From a bacterium (lineage in GTDB: Bacteria > SM23-31), in contig CBDFMG010000005.1 of the NCBI GenBank assembly GCA_965249485.1, positions 97,337-161,336 of the forward strand: a DNA stretch of 64,000 nucleotides, written 5' to 3'. The translations under genes were made by a program, and so were the position numbers. The notes below the pieces were generated by a model. It did not search any database, was not told the origin of the DNA, and worked only from the letters and a program-made list of their open reading frames with translations. Position 1 is the first letter of the stretch. Every line of letters begins with the position of its first letter. Below are positions 11,239-19,710 of this stretch, one piece after another.

Positions 11239-12075
11239 CTATTGCATTGCAATCATCTTGTTGTACAGACAAACTTTCATTTTCAACTCATGAATCATGT
11301 TCTCTCTTTTGTGCGATGTTACGTGTTCACCAAACATTCTCTTGAATGCAGAAAACACTGATTCAACAATCCATCTATCTCCATAGCTTACGCTATTCCT
11401 CCATAATTCATAATTGAATAATTGAGCCAGAACAGCTTTTCGTCTAGGATAACAATCAGTTGTAATTGATGAGTTCTTTCTTGTTTTGATTCCAGGAATT
11501 ATACTTTCATGATACAAATATGAAAAACAATCCTTGGTGTCATATGCACCATCAGCTAGTGTCTTGATTATATTTCCAAACTCTTTTGATTGTTCAACTA
11601 GTGATACAAAATGTTTTGAATCATGTGACTTGTCATCTGTAACCTCCAGACCCGTAATCTGCTTTGATTTTACATCTACTGCCACATGAATCTTGAGGAA
11701 ACCACGTCTTTTCTGCCATTTCTGTCTCATCCATTCGCCTCTGTCTGCAACCTTGATTCCAGAACTGTCAATTGCAATAACAATATCTTTTCCAAGTTTT
11801 GGGTTGCACTTGATGTCAAGCTTGTTTACTCTTTTCCAGATTGCAGAATACGTTGGTGTTTTTACTTTAGATTGCAGATGAGATTTTATCAAACCTTCAG
11901 TTTGTCTGAATGGCAGATGCAAATAGAGATGACAGTATCCTAGTGCCTCCATGAATGATTCAGGATAAACAAATTGATGTCCTTCTTTTTTGTGGTTCAT
12001 CTTCTTGAGTTCTGTGTTCCATGATTCTATAGCATCAAAAGACAAGGATGTGGTGTATTTTGGTGATCTGATCAC
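11239..12075 (-). CDS. IS5-family DDE transposase, N-terminally truncated
   Basis: DDE region with ...IAIDSSG... and LADGAYDTKD (DxGYxS signature). The region SFDAIESWNTELKKMNHKKEG is shared with the fragment at 42835-43098. The ORF start runs into the palindrome ggtgatctgatcac at ~12055-12090. Confidence 0.55.
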   Translation of the reverse strand: MIRSPKYTTSLSFDAIESWNTELKKMNHKKEGHQFVYPESFMEALGYCHLYLHLPFRQTEGLIKSHLQSKVKTPTYSAIWKRVNKLDIKCNPKLGKDIVIAIDSSGIKVADRGEWMRQKWQKRRGFLKIHVAVDVKSKQITGLEVTDDKSHDSKHFVSLVEQSKEFGNIIKTLADGAYDTKDCFSYLYHESIIPGIKTRKNSSITTDCYPRRKAVLAQLFNYELWRNSVSYGDRWIVESVFSAFKRMFGEHVTSHKRENMIHELKMKVCLYNKMIAMQ

Positions 12076-12324
12076 TATTTTGCACCAGAACCTTGCATGC
12101 TTTGATCAAATTGTGTTAATTGCGCAAGAGGTCTAGTATCTGACTCGTAAAAATTAGAGTGCAGCAAACCGGCCTTTGCAAATGAATCAAATAATTCTTT
12201 ATCCTTATCTCTTTGCGCCAACTCCTTGACATATTCTCCCAATCCTTTATGACTTTTGATGGATTTGTTCTCTCTTGCTGCAGCAGTCTTGATTACACAT
12301 AACATCGCACCCCACATCATCTCA

Positions 12325-13830
12325 CTTGGGTTCTGGTAACTTTTGGTGATCCGATCACCAAAATTTATCCATGTGAATCATTTTTATACATTTCTTGCTT
12401 TTTCAAACATCAGGGCATTGCTCTCGCTAGAGAAGAATTCCAATCAAAAGATGTGCAGACATGTATCCATACGAGACTATTCTCTCAATGCTATCTTCAT
12501 CCTAGTTAGGATTATTCGCAGTTAACAGGCGAGGCTTGTCCCTCATAAATTTTAACGCGACTTGTAGCCCTAACTATAATTTTGTACAAATTCTCTCCTT
12601 TCTTTTAACATCCAATAAATCACTCGCAAAATCTTTGATGCAGCAGCCACTGCAGCTTTGGATGTTCCTCTCTTCTTTTTTATTCTATTGTAAAACTTTG
12701 TAATGTCACTGTTCTTGGCATGTATTGCATGAGTGTGAATGCATTCTGTCAGAACCCATCTTAATGTCATGCTTCCTCTTTTTGTAATACTGCCATGATG
12801 TATGGTATCAGCTGAATTTCTGACTGATGGTACGACTCCTGCATATGCACACAGTTTGTGAGAGTCATTGAATCTTTCAATGTCCGCAATCTCGGATGCA
12901 ATGACTAGTGCAGAATAATTGCCAATTCCGGGAATCGAGTTTATCAGAATTGCATCAGGATTGGTCTTTACGGCAGCGTACACTTTTGAATTAATCTCTG
13001 CAATCTGCAAATTTAGATGGTTTATCTGTCGTAGGAATCCGTCTACTCTATAATCTCCTAATGCCCTGAGTCTTCTACAGTATATTTCAGTAAATGTAAC
13101 TCCAGGAATTTTGATTCCACCCTGTAACAAAATCCCATGAATGGAATTCTTGATAGCAGTTCTCCACTGGATGAGTTTCTTTCTGTATCTTACTAACTGG
13201 CGTTGTTGTACTATCTTTTTGTCTGGGACATAGCATTTGGCAATGTATCCACCACGTAGGAGATCTGCCAATATCCTGGCATCAATCTTGTCTGTCTTTT
13301 TCTTAGATGATGCAATTGCTTTTGTCAGATATGGGTTTGACAGTGTCACATTTTTATATTTTAATTCATCTGTCAGAAATCTATATGTGTCATACCAGAC
13401 TGATGAGGATTCCATGACAATATTGGCATGAAGTGGTATGTCTGTAAAATGTTTCTTGATCGATTGGTGAGTGTTCTCAACTTTGTTGTTTTGTAATACT
13501 TTGCCTTCATTATTCATTATTGCTACTTGAAGGAATTTCTTGTGCAGGTCAATGCCCACATACATGGTCTTCTTTGATTTATTCCTAATCTGTTTCTTTG
13601 GGCTTTTCTTGGAATACGATGAACTTTGAATCTTAGAATTAGATTCATTTCTTATGCTATCTGAATTCCTTCTCTCTATATTCACATATAGTTAACAACA
13701 ATATTTGAAGAGTCATGTTTTTGACTTGGCAAATCCATACTGTTGCAAAATTTGATTTCAGAGAAGATCATAAATCTGTGTTGAAATGCGTTGATCACCA
13801 AAATTTACCAGAACCCTTTAATGATAATTT
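12325..13830 (-). mobile_element. IS110-family insertion sequence, copy 2, apparently complete at about 1.5 kb
   Basis: Left end GGTTCTGGTAACTTTTGGTGATCCGATCACCAAAA. Right end GTTGATCACCAAAATTTACCAGAACCC, an inverted match of about 23 bp. Internal transposase CDS 12570-13685. Confidence 0.65.
12570..13685 (-). CDS. IS110-family (DEDD) transposase
   Basis: 371 aa, about 95% identical to ORF 2104-3219, with the same IS110 N- and C-terminal signatures. Confidence 0.75.
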   Translation of the reverse strand: MNIERRNSDSIRNESNSKIQSSSYSKKSPKKQIRNKSKKTMYVGIDLHKKFLQVAIMNNEGKVLQNNKVENTHQSIKKHFTDIPLHANIVMESSSVWYDTYRFLTDELKYKNVTLSNPYLTKAIASSKKKTDKIDARILADLLRGGYIAKCYVPDKKIVQQRQLVRYRKKLIQWRTAIKNSIHGILLQGGIKIPGVTFTEIYCRRLRALGDYRVDGFLRQINHLNLQIAEINSKVYAAVKTNPDAILINSIPGIGNYSALVIASEIADIERFNDSHKLCAYAGVVPSVRNSADTIHHGSITKRGSMTLRWVLTECIHTHAIHAKNSDITKFYNRIKKKRGTSKAAVAAASKILRVIYWMLKERREFVQNYS

Positions 13831-14537
13831 TAGTTTAAAGATGGATGGCTAGGATCGTAGAATTTTTCTAGCAGATTGCACAAAGAAGGATTTATTTTAT
13901 CTAAATTATCCCCAATAATCTCGTTTATGATGGCATCTGCAACATACGAATAATGCACTTGAGGATTGTTAAGTGATGAAAAAGCAAGTCTAGAAAGTTG
14001 TGATTCTGAAAAATCATCATATTTTTTTAATTGTACAGAAATTGTTTCAGATTCAGTGTAAGAACCGGAATTTTCCAATTCTGAAATTAGTTTATCTAAA
14101 TCAGAGGAATTCTTAGATGCAGATTTCATTTTAGAAAGTTTTGCAATTTCTTCTATTATGGAATCTTCAAAGGGAAAGGAACAGATTATTGCCTGTTTAG
14201 TAGCTACAAATCCATAGGGTCTTGTGCCGTCTATACATATTGGCAATACTGTTTTCTTGCAATTAATGGCTATGCCTGTTTCTTGATCCGTGTGTTTTGA
14301 AGTGTGGTAGTTTTTGGTAAGTAGCATAATGAATATTTTTGAACTTTGAATCTCTTCATATAACTTGGGCACCCAATCAGAACCACCATCAATATCTTCA
14401 TGAGCAAGAAAAACAGACAATCCGTGTTTTGATAATTTTGATTTTAGTTCAGAAGCAATTTTTTTGTCTTTATCGGAATGACTGAGAAAGATTTTGATAT
14501 TAGATATGTTTTTGCACCCATGTAATTTACGAGTCAA
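13830..14537 (-). CDS. TIR-domain protein
   Basis: N-terminal ~130 aa are a TIR fold: KIFLSHSDKDKKIASELKSKLSKHGLSVFLAHEDIDGG...YEEIQSSKIFIMLLTKNY. About 100 C-terminal residues are of unknown function. Confidence 0.55.
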   Translation of the reverse strand: MTRKLHGCKNISNIKIFLSHSDKDKKIASELKSKLSKHGLSVFLAHEDIDGGSDWVPKLYEEIQSSKIFIMLLTKNYHTSKHTDQETGIAINCKKTVLPICIDGTRPYGFVATKQAIICSFPFEDSIIEEIAKLSKMKSASKNSSDLDKLISELENSGSYTESETISVQLKKYDDFSESQLSRLAFSSLNNPQVHYSYVADAIINEIIGDNLDKINPSLCNLLEKFYDPSHPSLN

Positions 14538-14927
14538 ATGATAATAATTAAATGATCATTAGTTGTTTAAATGTAAATCTACAAGTGTTGTTTGTTGAAG
14601 GTAACCAAAAAAGAATCTATTTTCTTTGCAATGTTGATTGGAATTATCAATGTTTGTATGTCTGTTGCATTTTACTATTTGTGGGTGAATTATCAGAATC
14701 AAATTATTTTTGATCTAAATTTTTTCCATACTTGCATCATTATTACGTATAGCAGTATTAATCTCATGTGTGTATTAATGTGGAATCAACAAAAAAAGGT
14801 GAAACTAAAATGAATTCGATTTAATTGCAGTCTCTGACACCCCACAAGCGGGAATGTCAAAGATGATGATAGCCGCAGAACCCACGACGCTTTAGCGAGT
14901 GGAGTATGTCTGAGAATCCTTCTCTGT

Positions 14928-17846
14928 CTACAGGACACCGCGCTCTTCTAACTCTGCACTTATCTTTGCATGATCCTTGCTCATTATATCGTCTGAAAGC
15001 ATTGCAAGCAGTTTGGTGTCAGTCATCTCGCTAAAGTCAATGTCACTGTCTATGACTGGTCTTTCTGTCTTCTGCATTTCTGATCCGTCGTCAGCAGTTT
15101 TCTCTATCTTTGCGTCTACATCATCATCACCTGCTTCTGGTACTGCGTCATCACCTTCCTCTTTTTTCACGTCATGGTTTTTCTGCATCTTTGCGTCTGC
15201 GCCTCCTATAAGATCCTCGTCTTTCATTGTAGGATCCATCCTCTCGTCATAGACCACCAGAATTCCCTGTTTTTTCGTAAAATGTCTGTCGCCGCTTCCG
15301 TCAACTGAACCCCTCTTGTATTGCACCTCCATCGTCTCCCTTCGCACTGCCTTTTTCATTATCATGTTTGTGATTGCGTTGTGTACCTTGTTTTTTGAGA
15401 CGTTTATGCCGAGTTTTTTGATTATTTCTTCGTCATCTATCTTGTGCCCTGCACCCTTTTGTATGATCTCAAAAATACTGTACTCCAGATCATTCATGTA
15501 GGGCCCACTCTTCCCACGAACTGTGTTTGTCTGAGCTTCGCCTTCTGCCTCCATCTCTGCTCTGGTCTTTACAATGCATGGTTCCGGATCAGTCCCAGTA
15601 GCGGTAAATGACTCCTCAATGTTTTTGGATTTTGCAGTCTTGTTTGCAGATTCCAGCTGGGCAATATCCGTACTTGTTCTTACTGGTTTCTTTGTGTTTT
15701 TTTCCTCCTCTGTCATCTTCAGCACAGAGTCTATGCCGCGCACCTTCACCTTGGACAATATCTCGTTGTATGTGTCTGGCATCTTTTGCTTTCCCTGTAT
15801 CACACTGACGTGGTTAATGACGTCCATGTACATCCCCTTTGGATTCGGATGTTTTTTGTAGATTGCAGCCTCCAGCTTTTTCCTGTGATTCTCCCCAAAG
15901 CAGACAAACCACACCATGTAGCCTGCCTCAAAATTTTTAGTGTAGTTCTGCACTGCCTGCTTTATGTGCTTTGTGGGGCCTGTCTCCACCTCTATTGCAA
16001 GCTTGTTGTTGTCATTCCAGTGGAATGGATCATACGTCTCAAGCCCATCCTTGTCCTTTAGCACCTTTGGCTCTATTACCAAAAGATCTGCCGCGTTCTC
16101 CGAGCTGTCACCCAGGTCAGGTATGCAGTACCTGTGCTGCTTCATGTTCAGATCCATGAGACCAAACATGATTGCCAAGTGCACCTCGCCCCCAGCTCTC
16201 CTTCCAGCGGCAGACTGCGAAAGATACGTGCTGTACGTCTTTGAGCTGACAACATATCGCTTCATTGTCTCATTCTCGTCCCCGTCATCGGTGCCAGGAT
16301 ACATTATCTTGATGTACCTTTTTCTCACAAGACTGTCAAGTGCAACTGATATCGGCTTTTCCTTCAGACTGGGAAAGATAATCTGGACTCTTGTAAATAT
16401 CTCATTGCGGTACCAGTCTCTCTGATCAAAATGCATCAGGTGAATTATGGAACACTCCAGAGGGTTGAACAGAAGCTTGCCAAGGTTCTGCGTAGGCGCA
16501 TACTTTTCTATGGATACGTCCTTTCCCCATCTCTTTAGCGATTCCCTTGCAACGTCCTTCCACTCCGATACTCTTCTTCCAGGAAGCGGGACAGGCCTTG
16601 CACGGAATGTGGCACTTGCGCCGACCCCTGACTCGTCAGTGGACATGACAAACGTGTGGTTTGGAAGCCTCTGCATCTGGTCTGCTGTCACAGATATCTG
16701 GCTATTCAAAAGGCTTGCAGTGTTAAAATCGCATTTTCCAGTCATTACGGTCTTGCATGTTCCGGGTATCTCGTCGGCAAAGGTCTTGTCATATGCATTG
16801 CATGTCTGCGTTGCCAGCGTGACCTTTATGCCGAACTTTCTTAGTGCCCTAAGCATCTCAGACATTGTCATGTTTGAGAACATGTGAGCCTCATCAACGT
16901 ACACGTAAAAAGGGTTCTTTCTTATCTCGGAAAGATCCTCGTCCAGGATGTCCATTCTTCGCTTTGCCTCAACATGCAGCATGTTCAGAAATATCGAGCC
17001 AAGAAACTTTGCAATGTCATCGCTTGCACCAGTAGACAGGTCAACTACGAGGATCTTTTTCTCGCTGATTACCTCACTGATATCAATGCTGGACTCCGTG
17101 CAGTCAAACATTGCAGCGACAGTAGGCGTCGCAAGAATCTTGTCTATCTTGTTGTATGCTGAGCTTCCGGCATCCTTTGAGTACTGCTTGTGAAATATCT
17201 CCCGCCAGAAGTGCTTGACGCCCGGCGATGCGACATTTTCAAGTATCTCTTCTCTTGATGACTCGTCAGTAATCATAGATGAGATAAACCCAAGGGAGTT
17301 GTATCCCTTTGACTCGACTAGCGCGTTTGCGGCATTTCGCAGTACGGTCTCAAGTCTTGGACCCCATGAGCCCATGTACAAATTGTACAATGTATTGACA
17401 AATGTCATCACCACCACATACCTCTCGTTCTCACTTTTCACCTCAAGCGGGTTTACCTGTACTGTCTTTCCAAACCTGTAAAGCGTTGCCGGATTCACGT
17501 AGATGACGTCCTTCCATCTCTCCTTTGGTATCATGGACATGATGTCCCTTGCAAGCTCGCCGTGCGGATCAATTATCATGACCCCCTGCTTTCTCATTAT
17601 GTTCTGGTATGCAAGCAGTTTGAGAATTGATGATTTTCCGCATCCCGGAAAACCAAATATTGCCATATGTCCCCGCTCAGTCGAGGTGATTCCAAATGCC
17701 CTGTTTCCCCCAACAACAACGGCATCAGGATCATCATGTTTGAATCCGACAAAGTCAATGTTTGACTTTTCCCATGATGACTCTTTTGACGGCTCTGTTG
17801 CCTCTATCTCTTTCTTTTTTTTCCAGAACATTTTATCAGCCGCCAC
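14928..17846 (-). CDS. Large P-loop ATPase of the HerA/FtsK/VirD4 superfamily, coupling-protein-like, with a C-terminal winged helix and acidic tail
   Basis: Walker A FGFPGCGKSS. It is followed about 25 aa later by IIDPHGE, compare DPKGE in VirD4 and DphGEY in HerA. Walker B VYVDEAH. 972 aa, no TM segment. Overlaps the upstream membrane-protein gene by 11 nt. Confidence 0.55.
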   Translation of the reverse strand: MAADKMFWKKKKEIEATEPSKESSWEKSNIDFVGFKHDDPDAVVVGGNRAFGITSTERGHMAIFGFPGCGKSSILKLLAYQNIMRKQGVMIIDPHGELARDIMSMIPKERWKDVIYVNPATLYRFGKTVQVNPLEVKSENERYVVVMTFVNTLYNLYMGSWGPRLETVLRNAANALVESKGYNSLGFISSMITDESSREEILENVASPGVKHFWREIFHKQYSKDAGSSAYNKIDKILATPTVAAMFDCTESSIDISEVISEKKILVVDLSTGASDDIAKFLGSIFLNMLHVEAKRRMDILDEDLSEIRKNPFYVYVDEAHMFSNMTMSEMLRALRKFGIKVTLATQTCNAYDKTFADEIPGTCKTVMTGKCDFNTASLLNSQISVTADQMQRLPNHTFVMSTDESGVGASATFRARPVPLPGRRVSEWKDVARESLKRWGKDVSIEKYAPTQNLGKLLFNPLECSIIHLMHFDQRDWYRNEIFTRVQIIFPSLKEKPISVALDSLVRKRYIKIMYPGTDDGDENETMKRYVVSSKTYSTYLSQSAAGRRAGGEVHLAIMFGLMDLNMKQHRYCIPDLGDSSENAADLLVIEPKVLKDKDGLETYDPFHWNDNNKLAIEVETGPTKHIKQAVQNYTKNFEAGYMVWFVCFGENHRKKLEAAIYKKHPNPKGMYMDVINHVSVIQGKQKMPDTYNEILSKVKVRGIDSVLKMTEEEKNTKKPVRTSTDIAQLESANKTAKSKNIEESFTATGTDPEPCIVKTRAEMEAEGEAQTNTVRGKSGPYMNDLEYSIFEIIQKGAGHKIDDEEIIKKLGINVSKNKVHNAITNMIMKKAVRRETMEVQYKRGSVDGSGDRHFTKKQGILVVYDERMDPTMKDEDLIGGADAKMQKNHDVKKEEGDDAVPEAGDDDVDAKIEKTADDGSEMQKTERPVIDSDIDFSEMTDTKLLAMLSDDIMSKDHAKISAELEERGVL

Positions 17847-19710
17847 CTCCCCCGAGATTGAACATCTTGATTACTATTGGTATTGCATACATTGCAATCA
17901 TCGTGTTCACTGATACAATGATTACCGGAGCCGTATCCTTTACGGTGTATGAGACAATCTTTGCGGCTACAAATCCTGTGGGAATTACTGCAAGTGCAGC
18001 CATCACCTCTATACCGTCGATATATCTCTCGTCAATTGCCCCCATTGACGAGAGAAACGGAATGTTTACGTCGCTGGGTATATCCGGTCCGCCTGCAAAC
18101 ATGGATATCATCATGTGTGATATTCCAAGCATCAGAAAAGGGCTGGCATATACTATCATGCTCATTGAGCGCAGTCCCTTGCTTACGCGCTCCTTTGTCT
18201 CATGTACGGATATGACAAACTCTGTAATCGTGTTAAAGTTCTCAGTGGAGCCCCCGCCGCTCCTGTACGTCTTTGCAAGAAGAAACATGATGAACTTTAC
18301 GTGGATTGACTCAAAGGCCATCTTTGAAACTGCGATATCAAATGTCTCACCCTTCTTGATTTTGGCAGCAATACTGTCGATAATTCTGTTGAACTGCTTC
18401 TTGTACGAGTGGTTTTTTGCCTGCCTCTGTATTATCTGTCCGATGTTTTCACCGGTCTTTGACATATCTGTGACGTCCCGCATGAACTCTGGAAGCATCG
18501 AGTCTATCACCCTTATCTCTGTGAGCTTGTTTCTTACCATCATAGTATTGACTACAGCCCCGATTAGAAATCCGCTGACAATAGTCGTTGCAAGATCAAC
18601 TCCTGCAAAATATACAATGACTGCTACCATGATTCCCGCAATAGGGCTGATTGGCGTTATCTTTATCTGGTTTCCGGTAATCGGCTGGTTGGTGTTGAGT
18701 ATTATTACCATAAGCAGCGCAATGAATGGCGACATGACTGTTCCTAAAAGAAGCATGGTGCCTGTCGTCTCAGATGTCCCAATCATTCCCGATGCCATGA
18801 TCATCAATGGCATGATAATTGAGACCATCAGTACTGCTGAGAATATCTCTTGTGCGCTCTTTTCATACCTATCCCAGGAGTCCCTGTACAGATGGAAAAA
18901 CTGCTTTGCCTTCTCTGAGGTGTAGCTTGGAACATCGCCAATGCTTGCAATCTTTGCAAGGTATCCGGAGATGAAGTTCCTGAACACCTCTGAGGGGTGC
19001 GATTCAGCATACACACTAAGTGACTCGTTTTGTGTAACGCCGATCATGTCAACGCGCTTTACTATCTCCCCTGCATCCTGCGCAATTGCATTAAACACCC
19101 TTACGCCACGAATGTCCTTAAATGAGTGATACAGCCCCCGCCCTATTGTCTGCATGATATTGACATAGCACAAAAAGTACGCCATCTCTTCCTCTATTCT
19201 TGACTTGCGTTCTACTATGGTCAGTCTTAGCTGAATGTATGGAGACATATAGATAATTGCAGGTACGGCACAAACTACCAGAAATATCTCGCTTGCAGTA
19301 ATTCCAAGATAAATTCCAATGACAGTTGTGGGGACAAACACTGTAACTGCAATGCGTGTCATGGTTGTTGCCATTTTTTCTGCGTCATAGTTTTTACCTG
19401 TCTTTGGAATCTGCGCCAGTATCTGACGCTCGTTGAACACCCGAAGACGTACCAAGTATTTCAGCTTTGATTCCAGAAACACAAATATCTTTTCAAGCGA
19501 TGTCTGCTTGTACTTGTAAATCCATATTGTCCCGTCTGATGATCTTGCAGACAGTTTTGGCTTTCTAAAAAGTGGTGAGAAGAGGGACACTATGCAACAG
19601 GCAACAAGAAACCCTGACAGCATCACATAATCAAAGCCGCCGTCAGAAAACAGCACGACACACCACAGCAGACTGAAAAAGAATCCAGATACGACAAGAT
19701 GGGTCTTCAT
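17836..19710 (-). CDS. Polytopic membrane protein, TadC/FlaJ/GspF-like (two repeated cytoplasmic-domain plus TM modules)
   Basis: 624 aa with at least 8 predicted TM helices. Internal duplication of a soluble domain followed by TM triplets is the GspF architecture. Translationally coupled to the ATPase gene. Confidence 0.4.
   Translation of the reverse strand: MKTHLVVSGFFFSLLWCVVLFSDGGFDYVMLSGFLVACCIVSLFSPLFRKPKLSARSSDGTIWIYKYKQTSLEKIFVFLESKLKYLVRLRVFNERQILAQIPKTGKNYDAEKMATTMTRIAVTVFVPTTVIGIYLGITASEIFLVVCAVPAIIYMSPYIQLRLTIVERKSRIEEEMAYFLCYVNIMQTIGRGLYHSFKDIRGVRVFNAIAQDAGEIVKRVDMIGVTQNESLSVYAESHPSEVFRNFISGYLAKIASIGDVPSYTSEKAKQFFHLYRDSWDRYEKSAQEIFSAVLMVSIIMPLMIMASGMIGTSETTGTMLLLGTVMSPFIALLMVIILNTNQPITGNQIKITPISPIAGIMVAVIVYFAGVDLATTIVSGFLIGAVVNTMMVRNKLTEIRVIDSMLPEFMRDVTDMSKTGENIGQIIQRQAKNHSYKKQFNRIIDSIAAKIKKGETFDIAVSKMAFESIHVKFIMFLLAKTYRSGGGSTENFNTITEFVISVHETKERVSKGLRSMSMIVYASPFLMLGISHMMISMFAGGPDIPSDVNIPFLSSMGAIDERYIDGIEVMAALAVIPTGFVAAKIVSYTVKDTAPVIIVSVNTMIAMYAIPIVIKMFNLGGGGG

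Noticed and set aside
12075-12320. 81-aa ORF upstream of the IS5 transposase as an OrfA/frameshift partner
   Set aside because: It has no similarity to the N-terminal transposase region seen in the 42835-43098 fragment, and it overlaps the palindromic element. It is probably a chance ORF or unrelated.
14977-18925. Numerous plus-strand ORFs (e.g. 15964-16425, 16447-16887, 17503-17913, 17762-18925) antisense to the ATPase and membrane-protein genes
   Set aside because: They lie opposite long, motif-bearing minus-strand genes. Their hydrophobicity is the antisense image of the membrane protein. They have no motifs and no coupling to neighbours, so they are spurious.
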